DNA of 64,000 nucleotides from the human T2T-CHM13v2.0 reference genome, Homo sapiens, in the NCBI RefSeq assembly GCF_009914755.1, contig NC_060944.1; one strand, written 5' to 3'. Below, one piece after another: positions 45,100-64,000 of the stretch. The position numbers and the translations under genes are program-made. The stretch's first letter is position 1. Each line of letters opens with the position of its first letter. The notes beneath the pieces are model-generated. The model did not search any database and had not been told where the DNA came from. It saw only the letters and a program-made list of their open reading frames with translations.

Positions 45100-45250
45100 A
45101 AGCCTGGAAATCCAGCCTCCGCGCCTCTTGCCCTGCGGGCCCCGCCCTCAGTCCCGCCCTCATCTAACCCGCTACCCCATTGGTGGCGTCCGGCGGCGCG
45201 GCTGCTGTTATTTTTCGAATATATAAGGAGGTGGAAGTGGCAGCTGCAAC
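45100..45250 (+). promoter_or_regulatory. CDC25B proximal promoter within CpG island (about 44500-45700)
   Basis: GC boxes 45140-45159, inverted CCAAT 45179-45183, CDE-like GGCGG/CGCGG, CHR-like TTCGAA 45214-45219 abutting TATATAA 45220-45226. Confidence 0.8.
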
Positions 45251-45475
45251 TAGAGGCTTCCCAGGCTGGTGCCTGAGCCCGGCGTCCCTCGCCCCCCGCC
45301 CTCCCCGCATCCCTCTCCTCCCTCGCGCCTGGCCCTGTGGCTCTTCCTCCCTCCCTCCTTCCCCCCCCCCCCCCACCCCTCGCCCGCTGCCTCCCTCGGC
45401 CCAGCCAGCTGTGCCGGCGTTTGTTGGCTGCCCTGCGCCCGGCCCTCCAGCCAGCCTTCTGCCGGCCCCGCCGCG

Positions 45476-48423
45476 ATGGAGGTGCCCCAGCCGGAGCCCG
45501 CGCCAGGCTCGGCTCTCAGTCCAGCAGGCGTGTGCGGTGGCGCCCAGCGTCCGGGCCACCTCCCGGGCCTCCTGCTGGGATCTCATGGCCTCCTGGGGTC
45601 CCCGGTGCGGGCGGCCGCTTCCTCGCCGGTCACCACCCTCACCCAGACCATGCACGACCTCGCCGGGCTCGGCAGGTAGGACACCCCAAGGAGGCTGCAT
45701 ATGGGGGTGAGAGGCTAGGTCTGGAGTCCTGGGCCTCCTGGAGAACTGGGCATGGTAGTCGAATCCAGGAGGTGGAGTCCGGGGAGGCATCCTGAGCAGT
45801 GGAGAGGTACGCCCTTGTTCCCTCCTAGGGGCCCAGGACATGGGAAGTGAGACCTGGGCTGTGCCCCCCACACCTCCAGGTGACCTGCTCTCAGTCTGCA
45901 CAAGCCTCTCCAAATCTTCTTTCCCCTCACTCCCTCCTCCCTCATTGTGCCTCCACCACGCTGCCTCCGTAATCTCTGCCCGGATAGCCACCATTTTGCC
46001 CCAGGATGGGAATCTCAAGCCTGGAGAGGGAACTTAAGGGTGGCAGAGCCGTGGAGCACTCACACATCCATGCCCCTGCTCCCTCCACCCCAGTTCTGCC
46101 CCCAGAATTAAGACAATTAATTAAACACTGATCCTGCTCCCTAAGTCTGCAAGGGGAGAGCTGGGTTGTTCCAGTAGGAGAACCTGGTCTTGGTCCATCC
46201 TTCAGGAAGGGTCCTGGAAAGGTGGGGGTCTGACAGTTTAGGAGAAGGCTCTCTGGGGCGGCTCTGCTAGACCACCAACCCTTAGGCTGGCCTCCAGCCA
46301 GGCAGCCTTGCTCACACCCTGGGCTCACCTTGCCCTGCACCTGAGAGGACCTTTCCTAAACCAGTCAACGAAGAGAAGACGCTTTAGGGCCTCTGTAGAA
46401 TGAACCTTCCTTGACCTGAGAAGAGGGGGCCCTCAGGGCCATTGCTTTCCCGGTGTAGTGTTTCGCTCAGTTCTTTTCTCAGCAAGGGAGTGGGAACGTG
46501 GGCTAGCCAGGCCTTGAGCCCCACGTTTACCTTTCTCCTTTCCCGGGTCCCTGTTCCCTTCCCAGCGAAACCCCAAAGAGTCAGGTAGGGACCCTGCTCT
46601 TCCGCAGCCGCAGCCGCCTGACGCACCTATCCCTGTCTCGACGGGCATCCGAATCCTCCCTGTCGTCTGAATCCTCCGAATCTTCTGATGCAGGTGAGGC
46701 CCAGGGGAGCCTGGGGAGATCTGCCTGTGCCAGGAGAGTTTGTGGGGGCTGCCTGGGCCTCCCAATTTCCCTGCCGATCAAACTAACATCCTCCCCACAA
46801 CCTGGTGGGCCCAGGAGCCTCTCCCCCACCCTCCACAGAAATGGGAGGAAGACACACCTCTTGTGGGGCTCACCACACCCAACGCGGACTGGCTGAGTGG
46901 ATGAGAGGGTGGGGCCCTCTACGGAGATGAGATCTTACCTATGTAAAACCACGCTCCAGAGTTCCTAAACCATAACCCTACCTGGGAGGCACCCAGGGCT
47001 GAGAGTTGGTCTTTAAAACATTCTTAGCCTATAACCTCTTCTTTAAAAATCTGTTGTCTCTTCTAGAACAAATTATTTTAAACCAGTTCAAGAAAAATGC
47101 TTAGTGAGCATTGTGGTTTAAAGACGCATATGAAGGAATTTCCATAGTAAACAGGGAGTGGAGCCCTGTACCGTCTGGGGGACGATGTGTCAGCTCTCAG
47201 GGTCCATGGTTGGGTTTTTGTTTCATTTTCTAATGTGTCAAAGTCCAAACTAGAAACTGTTTTTTTTTTTTTTTTTCATATTGGGACATGGTGGGGGAAA
47301 GAATACAGAAAGTGCCACTACTTTCAAACCAAGGTGCTCTGTCCCCTCAGGTCTCTGCATGGATTCCCCCAGCCCTATGGACCCCCACATGGCGGAGCAG
47401 ACGTGAGTAGAGAAGGGAATGTGTACTTCCAAGCATTCAGCACCTGTCTTTAAGAATCCTAGTTCTACCATAAATTCACCCGGGAGGCCTGGGAAAGCAG
47501 ACAGACCATGGGGTGGCTTCAGGATCCCCATGGCCGGGGGGCTCACTGACTTTCTCAGGCCTTGGCATTCTGCTCCCTGTCTCAGAGAAGGATCTGCTCT
47601 CATGGGAGCCAACCGAGTGTGGGCTCAGGGCCAGGGATAGTGGGGACAGTGGCCACTGGGAGAGCAGATACTAGACTACAGCCCATGTCTTGCAGGAATA
47701 CAAGCCCAGCGTATGTCCCGTTTTTCTTTCTTGCCTATACCCATTTTTTTCTGTGAAATATTACAATTTAAAAATATGATCCAACTAATTCAAAACTTTA
47801 ACTCACTCTAGGCCAAACAAAACACAGTTGCCTGCAGATTGATTTGGCTCTTGGCCGATCAGCAACCTCTGACTTCGATGACACTTTACCCTCTGGCCAG
47901 CCCTGGTCTAGGCCCTTTCTACAAGGGAATGGAGAGAGAGTTGGTGGGCTCTGGCCTGGACAGACCATCCCCTTGGCTGTGGGCATGGGTGGTGTCTTCC
48001 AGAGCACAGCTGTTCCCATCCAGTTGTTAAAGCCCAAGCAGCGGGGCAGCTGCCAGCCATTAGTAGGGACAGCTGGGCATCTCTGGCCTGTGCTGGGGAC
48101 TGTGGCTTTGGGTTTAGGATAGTGACTTGTCTTACCTCCCATTGCCTTTGATCAGACTGGGTTGGGCTGCAGATTGGTTCACAAACAGGAAATGGGGAGA
48201 GGATTGGGTGGGGTTGGGGGACTGCAGGTTGGTTTTGGTGGCAGCACAGAGCAATCTTGCCCTACCCCCAAGGCCCATGTGCAAGCCAATGAAATTGGTC
48301 ATCCCTGATGCCAGGTTGGCTGGGCACAGCAGCCCCCCGGGGGGGCATCCCCCTCATACTTTATCCCTGAGTGGTTCCCTGCCCTGCACCTGCTCTGACA
48401 GTTATACAGAGTTTCTCAGAAGC

Positions 48424-48459
<36 letters not shown>

Positions 48460-51400
48460 CGTAGATGCACAAAAGCTCCGCGTGGCAGGTGGTCTCCTGT
48501 AACACGGCTGAGGGGGCGGGGCCTCAGAGGGAACATGTGTTGGAATTCCTTGCCTGCTGGCCTCTTCTAAGGCAGGAGGAGGGGGTGGGACAGAGGCTGG
48601 TCCTGGAAAATTCCATAGGAGGGAGGAGAGGATGTGAGCCTGCACGTTTGTCACTGGGGGTCTACTGTATCAGACTGGAGCTGACTGGGGGAGCCCTAAA
48701 GCAGGCCCCAGTCCTCAGAGGACCGGGAGCCAGGCCAGCTCCTCACAGGGGAGAGGAAGCCTAGCCTTGCTGTTGTCCAGGCCCTGGAGACACCCACATT
48801 GCTGGGTGCCCCTGGCCTATCATAGGATGGATGGATGCCTTTCCTGGCAGCCATATGGCCCCGCTGAGGTGATTTGCATACAGGTGGAAGGCCTGGTGCA
48901 GGCTGGCGAGACTGTTGCCTTGGTGACGCCTCCCTGACCCTGACCTGCCCCAGCTGTCTCTATCACTGCCATTCTCTGGGCTTTCTTTCATTCAGGGCAG
49001 CCTTTAAAATTCCAAGCTGCCTCTTATCTTCCCCCTCCCCAATACCTGGGCCCCCTGATGGTGGGCGTTCTTCCCACCCCACCCCTTCCACTGCCTTGAG
49101 CCTTGGCCCTTGTCTTTGCCCTTACTCCCCCCTGGACTGGAGACCTGGTGCTAGGGACTGGGGGCCTGGTGCTGGGGTGGGTGATGGGTGCGGAGGGAGC
49201 ATGGGTTGCATGGGACCCTTCTCTGTCCTAGGTTTGAACAGGCCATCCAGGCAGCCAGCCGGATCATTCGAAAGTAAGTGTTCCTGGGCCTCTTCCATCT
49301 ACCACAAGCTTTCCCTTAGGACAGGGCTCCAGAAGGGCATGCTGCATGCTCTTGGTCCCTGCCCTGCCTCTCCCAGCTCTCACCTGTCCCCATTTCCTCC
49401 TGTAGCGAGCAGTTTGCCATCAGACGCTTCCAGTCTATGCCGGTGAGTGTCTTCGAGGCCTGACTGAGGCTTAGGCATGCTAGCCAGGCATGGGGTAGAT
49501 GAGCAGGATGCATTCAGGGATCACCTCCCAGCTGGGTGTCCCCAGGCAGGCTGTAGGAGATGGGGTTTCAGAGGTAGGTAGGTAAGTGGGAGGAGCTGGA
49601 GGAGAGGTGGAGAAGGTAGGGCCTGGGCTCGTGCCGGAGGAATGCAGCCTTCATTCCTCTGCCTGCCGCCCTGCCTGGCTCTCTAGGTGAGGCTGCTGGG
49701 CCACAGCCCCGTGCTTCGGAACATCACCAACTCCCAGGCGCCCGACGGCCGGAGGAAGAGCGAGGCGGGCAGTGGAGCTGCCAGCAGCTCTGGGGAAGAC
49801 AAGGAGAATGTGCGCTTCTGGAAGGCCGGGGTGGGAGCTCTCCGGGAAGAGGAGGGGGCATGCTGGGGTGGTTCCCTGGCATGTGAGGACCCTCCTCTCC
49901 CATCTTGGCTGCAGGATGGATTTGTCTTCAAGATGCCATGGAAGCCCACACATCCCAGCTCCACCCATGCTCTGGCAGAGTGGGCCAGCCGCAGGGAAGC
50001 CTTTGCCCAGAGACCCAGCTCGGCCCCCGACCTGATGGTACATCCAGAGAGCGGATCCCTGGGAGGGGCCTGGGGAGGCAGCCTCGGAGAAGAGGAGGGT
50101 GGCCCTGAACCCCCAGGCACTGGGAACTTTTCCTCAGGAGGATGGGGGCGGGAACTATCTCCACCTCTAAGTCTGTGTCTGTCTGTCATGTGGACAGTGT
50201 CTCAGTCCTGACCGGAAGATGGAAGTGGAGGAGCTCAGCCCCCTGGCCCTAGGTCGCTTCTCTCTGACCCCTGCAGAGGGGGATACTGAGGAAGATGATG
50301 GATTTGTGGACATCCTAGAGAGTGACTTAAAGGTAAACAGCCTTGTCCCACCAGGCCCCTACCTTCCTATCCCTGGGTTCGCCCAAAAGAAGAGAGCTCT
50401 GAGCCCTTGTGGCAGGACCATGATGTCATTCCAGTGTCAGAAGAAGAATCTGAGGTAACTGAGTCACAGCCTAACCTCTGGCCAATGAGAGAAGAACAGG
50501 TGGCTGGTGCCACAGTGGAGGGCGGTTTGGGAGGTAGGGGAGCTTCTCACCCCAACCTGGAGTTTGCCAGGGAAACAGGGAAGGCTGTGCTGGAGGATTC
50601 CGGGACTGGAGGGGTTTGGCCTATGCCTGTGGGTTGTGACCCTGTCCTTGCTAATCTGGCCTCAGGATGATGATGCAGTTCCCCCAGGCATGGAGAGTCT
50701 CATTAGTGCCCCACTGGTCAAGACCTTGGAAAAGGAAGAGGAAAAGGTGGGCCTCTGGGGTGGCCCCCTCCGAATTTGGAGGCATGGGGTCCATCCTACT
50801 CTCCAGTGGATTTGAGGGATGGGACGGGGCCTGGGCACCCTGATCCCTAACCTGCTGTCCCTGCCAGGACCTCGTCATGTACAGCAAGTGCCAGCGGCTC
50901 TTCCGCTCTCCGTCCATGCCCTGCAGCGTGATCCGGCCCATCCTCAAGAGGCTGGAGCGGCCCCAGGACAGGGACACGCCCGTGCAGAATAAGCGGAGGC
51001 GGAGCGTGACCCCTCCTGAGGAGCAGCAGGAGGCTGAGGAACCTGTGAGTGCCTTCCTCCTGGGGTTCACTTTGGCATGCACCTGGGCAGCCACCCCCTT
51101 GGCTAAGTTTGTGGCAGAGGGCAGGTGGCAGCCTGGGCATGGCAGAGAAAGGGGGTACCAGCCAGCCAGAGCACTGGGGGGCAGCCCCACCCTGACCCTG
51201 GCCTCCATCTGACTCACTTTCCAGAAAGCCCGCGTCCTCCGCTCAAAATCACTGTGTCACGATGAGATCGAGAACCTCCTGGACAGTGACCACCGAGAGC
51301 TGATTGGAGATTACTCTAAGGTACCTGCAGCAGCGAAGGGGGTACCTTGGGGGCTTGACCTCTTACTGACTAGGGGTCCTCTAGCCCAGGGGCTGCTTGG

Positions 51401-53905
51401 GTTCCTCCCTTTCTCCCCGGAGCCCCCCTTTTCTTTGTCCTTTGTATCTTTTCATCCTTTGTTCTCACATAGACTCCTCCCTCTGGCCCTCCTTGTCTCC
51501 TGACTCCACCTCAAGTCAGTCCAGGCATCTGTTGAGTCTCCGTCTTATTTCCAAGCTCATACCTAGCTTGGAACCCCCTCATGCCTCACCTTCGGGCTTG
51601 GCAGAGGGTAGGGAGCAGAGTGTGGAGTTCATCTCTTCCACTTCCCTTTTTCATTTCTCTTTCCCCTTGGAAGGTTGTTCCCTGGGTGTCAGACCCAAGA
51701 GGTGCCTCTCAGTTGCCATGGGAACCAGAACTGAATTTGAAGGCCAAAGCAGGTGTGGCCTCTGATTTTGGGAATGAAACTTCATTCTTTGAGGCTCCTG
51801 GTCTTACCAATTTAACTTTCTCCCCTCTCCCTCATCCCTTCCGTTCCCTTCAGGCCTTCCTCCTACAGACAGTAGACGGAAAGCACCAAGACCTCAAGTA
51901 CATCTCACCAGAAACGGTAAACAGCGTTGCGTCATTTTCTAGGCACATTTGGGACTGTAGCTCCATTGTTGACCTTCCCTGGGGACAGGCTAGGGCCACC
52001 TGCCAGCTGCCAGCCTGACCTGCCGGAACCAACCCCCATGACCTCCTACAGATGGTGGCCCTATTGACGGGCAAGTTCAGCAACATCGTGGATAAGTTTG
52101 TGATTGTAGACTGCAGATACCCCTATGAATATGAAGGCGGGCACATCAAGGTAAGATGGGGCAATGGGGAGAGGCCCTGAAGATCCCACCTGGTTTAGGT
52201 CCTTGCTTTGCCAAGAGGGTGAATGGGTGGAGGACGGGTGCCCCCTCTCATGGGGAGGGTTCCTACTAAGAGAAGGACAGCGACTGCACGGGGAGGGCCC
52301 TGACTCCTGGACCCGGGGCTGTGCCTGACCTCTGGCTCCTCTGACAGACTGCGGTGAACTTGCCCCTGGAACGCGACGCCGAGAGCTTCCTACTGAAGAG
52401 CCCCATTGCGCCCTGTAGCCTGGACAAGAGAGTCATCCTCATTTTCCACTGTGAATTCTCATCTGAGCGTGGGCCCCGCATGTGAGTCCCAGCTCCGCCC
52501 AGCCAGCTAGTGTCTGCCCTGGCCTTCCCTGCCCAGGCTCACAGGTGCTGGCACCATTGAGATGGCCAGGGGTGCAAGTCCAGGTCCTCCTCTGTCCCAT
52601 CTGATGGCCTAGAGCTGACCTCAGCCCCACTTCACTGTGCATGGTACCCGCCTCCCATCTCCCTCACTGTCCTGCCTATCAAGCCTCATGTCCACCCCAC
52701 ATCCATTACTGCCACCCTCAGAAAATTTAGTTCCAAGTCTCTAGCGGTGTCTTTTCTCGAAATCTAAGGGCCGCGTGTCAGTCCCCAGTACACGGACCCT
52801 CCCCATGTTCAGTGCTGTTAGGTCTCCATTAGAACCTCTTCCATTGGCATCCACAGCACCTGGGCCTCCCTGGCTGAGCTCCTTCTGTCACTATTCCTGT
52901 TCTGCCTGGCCATCTGTCCTCCCACCCCTGCCTCCTCCTGGGTTGCCACTGGTCCATATGACTGCTAGTGGCTCCCCAGCCTGGCCTCACCCATGTGGTG
53001 GGAATCTGCACCCAGACGCCCCTTACAGAGTCGCATCCCTGCGGCCCTCCCAACTTCTCCAGGCATCCCAGCATATGGCACCCACCTCCACCTGGGCACC
53101 GGGCCTGGGCACTGGCTTCAGTCTTGGGTCCTCCTCCTCCCTTCTCCCCACCACTGATCCTCACCAGGTCTTGTCCAGGAGTGGCCCGAATGGATCCCTT
53201 GAATTTGGCCCACTTGTCTCCTCTCCTGCTTCTCCTTTCCTGGTCCAGGCACAGATATCTCTAACAAAGATTGTGCAACTGCCTTCTAGAAACGGAGAGT
53301 TCATCCCCTTGATTTTACCTCCTTCCTTCCGCCTCCCCACCCTCTTCTGTAGCCAGAGTGACCTAAAAGTGTTCTTGTGGTTACATTCCTGTGCTCTAAA
53401 GCTTTCTGTGGCTCCCCAAGGCCCTCAAAGGAGGGGACGTGGGGGATAGGTCCCATGATGTACAAGCCACTGCATGCCCCACTCTGACCACACCCTGCCC
53501 ATGACGCCCCAGGTGCCGTTTCATCAGGGAACGAGACCGTGCTGTCAACGACTACCCCAGCCTCTACTACCCTGAGATGTATATCCTGAAAGGCGGCTAC
53601 AAGGAGTTCTTCCCTCAGCACCCGGTAGCGTGGGTGGGGAAGGCCACAGTCTCTGTGTGAGGGTTGGCTTGGCCAGGCTGGAGCCATGGGATGGGGGGTG
53701 GGAGGGTTGGGTCCCTGCCAAACTTACCCATTCCACTGCATTGACCCCTCCTGTCCTGCCCTAGAACTTCTGTGAACCCCAGGACTACCGGCCCATGAAC
53801 CACGAGGCCTTCAAGGATGAGCTAAAGACCTTCCGCCTCAAGACTCGCAGCTGGGCTGGGGAGCGGAGCCGGCGGGAGCTCTGTAGCCGGCTGCAGGACC
53901 AGTGA
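45476..53905 (+). CDS. CDC25B: M-phase inducer phosphatase 2, 580 aa, 16 coding exons
   Basis: Exons 45476-45675, 46566-46693, 47351-47402, 49232-49273, 49406-49442, 49687-49809, 49915-50037, 50198-50332, 50666-50746, 50868-51044, 51225-51320, 51854-51916, 52052-52150, 52348-52481, 53513-53624, 53765-53905 = 1743 nt. [12 protein letters not shown] start, KEN box, RSPSMP 14-3-3 site, catalytic HCEFSSER. Confidence 0.97.
48424..48463. repeat. (TG)n(CG)n compound microsatellite
   Basis: 40 nt of strict purine-pyrimidine alternation in CDC25B intron 3. Confidence 0.9.
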
Positions 53906-55011
53906 GGGGCCTGCGCCAGTCCTGCTACCTCCCTTGCCTTTCGAGGCCTGAAGCCAGCTGCCCTATGGGCCTGCCGGGCTGAGGGCCTGCTGGAGGCCTC
54001 AGGTGCTGTCCATGGGAAAGATGGTGTGGGTGTCCTGCCTGTCTGCCCCAGCCCAGATTCCCCTGTGTCATCCCATCATTTTCCATATCCTGGTGCCCCC
54101 CACCCCTGGAAGAGCCCAGTCTGTTGAGTTAGTTAAGTTGGGTTAATACCAGCTTAAAGGCAGTATTTTGTGTCCTCCAGGAGCTTCTTGTTTCCTTGTT
54201 AGGGTTAACCCTTCATCTTCCTGTGTCCTGAAACGCTCCTTTGTGTGTGTGTCAGCTGAGGCTGGGGGAGAGCCGTGGTCCCTGAGGATGGGTCAGAGCT
54301 AAACTCCTTCCTGGCCTGAGAGTCAGCTCTCTGCCCTGTGTACTTCCCGGGCCAGGGCTGCCCCTAATCTCTGTAGGAACCGTGGTATGTCTGCCATGTT
54401 GCCCCTTTCTCTTTTCCCCTTTCCTGTCCCACCATACGAGCACCTCCAGCCTGAACAGAAGCTCTTACTCTTTCCTATTTCAGTGTTACCTGTGTGCTTG
54501 GTCTGTTTGACTTTACGCCCATCTCAGGACACTTCCGTAGACTGTTTAGGTTCCCCTGTCAAATATCAGTTTGCCCCAGAAAGGGATGTTATTATCCTTG
54601 GGGGCTCCCAGGGCAAGGGTTAAGGCCTGAATCATGAGCCTGCTGGAAGCCCAGCCCCTACTGCTGTGAACCCTGGGGCCTGACTGCTCAGAACTTGCTG
54701 CTGTCTTGTTGCGGATGGATGGAAGGTTGGATGGATGGGTGGATGGCCGTGGATGGCCGTGGATGCGCAGTGCCTTGCATACCCAAACCAGGTGGGAGCG
54801 TTTTGTTGAGCATGACAGCCTGCAGCAGGAATATATGTGTGCCTATTTGTGTGGACAAAAATATTTACACTTAGGGTTTGGAGCTATTCAAGAGGAAATG
54901 TCACAGAAGCAGCTAAACCAAGGACTGAGCACCCTCTGGATTCTGAATCTCAAGATGGGGGCAGGGCTGTGCTTGAAGGCCCTGCTGAGTCATCTGTTAG
55001 GGCCTTGGTTC

Positions 55012-55017
55012 AATAAA
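55012..55017 (+). terminator. CDC25B: CDC25B polyadenylation signal AATAAA
   Basis: About 1.1 kb after the stop, followed by a GT-rich downstream element. Confidence 0.85.
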
Positions 55018-55357
55018 GCACTGAGCAAGTTGAGAAACCAGCATTGTGTCCTGTGGGGCCCTGGGCAAGACCCCAGAAGCCCGCCAATGGCGGGATTGGG
55101 GTAGGAGACAGGGTCAGCAAAGGCAGGAAGAGTTGCTGGAGAGGTGCCCTCATGCTCTTGTCCCTTCTTCTCCCAATGTCTTCCATCTCTTGGGTGACAC
55201 TCCTGCCAGGACTTTGGATTCAACCCCTCCTTCCCCTCACCTGGCCTCCCAAGCACTTCTAGGCTTGCCCTTCCTAAACTCGGCACCAAAAGGCAAGAGT
55301 GACCTCATCACTCAAGGATCATCAGTGGCTCCCCATTGTCCTCAGGATAAACTTAAA

Positions 55358-55692
<335 letters not shown>

Positions 55693-57199
55693 TCATTCCC
55701 TCAAGAAATTGGGAAAGGGCCAATCTGGGAGCCCAGGCCAAACCCAGATCTCTGAGGAAATCCTCCCTGAATACCACTGCAGGTGACCCTCCCCCCAGCC
55801 CCCCACACACAAATGGGAGCTGTGCGATGGGAGGGACTCCTTTATATCTGTATATATAAGATGCTGTCTTTGACACAGAGTGCACACACATGTCAGGCAT
55901 GATTACCACTTTCTGGGACAGTTCATCTATGTTGTGAAGTAGGTGATGCAATGATTATCCACCCCGTTTTTCAGATGGGAAAATGGAGGCTATTTCCTAT
56001 CAGAACAGAAAAAGGGGACTCCAGATCCCCATGCTGAGTCTAAAGGACACTTGTGCTATCTCTAGCTTGTTCTCTCAAGTTTCTTATGCCCAAGAGCTTG
56101 GTCTTCACTCCTGGTTCAGAGCCCTCTGCAAGGGCACAATAGGTGGGAGTTATTGGGGTGTGGTTTTGGTCTTGGGGCTGGGCTGTGCTCAGGGAGGGAA
56201 GGGACCTCAAGGGTTCAGAAGTCCCCTCCACCTAGCAGGCAGCGATAGAAAGGCAAATGTTTATTTGGTGAGAGGATTTGCCCAGAAAAGGGGAAACAGC
56301 TGTGCAGATCCCTGAGAAAGGGAGATGGAGGAGGGGAGAGGATGGGCCCCGGGCGCCATCATGCTGGCATGCCTGCTCCACCCTAAGTGCTTAGGGAGTC
56401 TTGTGAAGCCACCCTCCCTCCTGGTTTCACAGACGAAAGCAGCTTCAGAAGCTCACAGAAGGCACTCACTTGCCCCAGGGCACACACAAGATGTAAGCAG
56501 AGCAGCTATCCCAGCCTTCCCAGGAGTATCCCATCCCCCCTTACCTCCCATCTTAGTCCCAGAGCCCCCAGGCGGGTGGGGCTGGGCAGCCTCACTTCTG
56601 CTGTGAGCGTCCTCTTCCCACTCCGGGATCAGGCCACGTGATGAGGAGGAAACATGGGCTGAGTGTCTACAATGCCCAGGCTTTGTGCCAGGTGCTGATG
56701 TCCGTGGCCACATCTGTCCCCATTGTAACTCACCATCAGAGTCTTAGTTGCAGCCATGGGACAATTAGTATGCTCTAGACACTTTTAGATATAATGTCTC
56801 CTAAGCCCACCCAACAGGTATTCAGCTCATTTTGTGGGAGAGATGCGGGCATTGGTCAAGCCAGGAGACACCTCTTCCCCAAGAAAAGGCTCTGGTGCTG
56901 ACATCTCTGCTGAGGAAGCAGGAGCCTGGGCCTGGGCCTGGGAAAGGGGGTGCTGTGGGCTTGCCTCTCAGTTTCTGACTCGGGACCCCCTCTGCCCTGG
57001 AAAGTTCAGGGGGATGGGGCAGAGGTGTCTCATCTCCCTTCCCCCCAGCAAGAGAAGCTATAACTTTCTTCCTGGATGTGCTAAAGGGAAGTGGATCAGG
57101 CAGGAAGGCAGTTTAAAATCCCAGGCTGCCAGCCAGTTTTAAAAGTTGTTTAGCTTTGGCCAGGGTGGGGCAGGAATTCCAGCCTGCAGGAGTTCCGAG

Positions 57200-61360
<4,161 letters not shown>

Positions 61361-61414
61361 TGGATTAGATCAAATGAGCTGATGTGTGCAAAGCACTCAG
61401 AACAGGGCCTGCTG

Positions 61415-63972
<2,558 letters not shown>

Positions 63973-64000
63973 AAGGCAAGCCAGGCTGCCTCTATTGTGG

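Noticed and set aside
52775-53449. 224-aa ORF in CDC25B intron 14
   Set aside because: GTG start, Pro/Ser/Leu-rich translation of a pyrimidine-rich intron, no splice or domain support.
54713-54764. (GGAT)n-like run with duplicated GGATGGCCGT in the CDC25B 3'UTR
   Set aside because: Ordinary short degenerate microsatellite.

Overview
Human (primate) genomic DNA, recognisable from the translated proteins as the chr20p13 gene cluster. In order: last coding exon and 3'UTR of HSPA12B (+); complete C20orf27/ADISSP (-, 174 aa, with a 199 aa alternative-donor form); SPEF1 (-, 236 aa); intronless CENPB (-, 599 aa, a domesticated pogo-type transposase); complete CDC25B (+, 16 coding exons, 580 aa); then an Alu-dense region with a probable spliced lncRNA. 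I rebuilt all exon chains by hand from GT-AG sites, and each sums to an intact ORF. Intergenic and intronic DNA is rich in Alus, with one 5'-truncated L1PA3-like insertion with TSDs, a MER58A, MLT LTRs, MIRs and microsatellites. Most entries in the ORF track are GC-rich or Alu artefacts. I see no wholly new gene system. The best leads are: a 17-bp GC hairpin competing with a G-quadruplex just before the CENPB AUG; the shared divergent CENPB/CDC25B promoter encoding an N-truncated CDC25B; a candidate in-frame 39-nt CDC25B cassette exon; an unexplained 61-bp dispersed duplication in ADISSP intron 1; an apparent ~22-nt deletion allele in the CDC25B 3'UTR; and several retroelement rearrangement scars. 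Gene and repeat names come from my recall, not from a database search.
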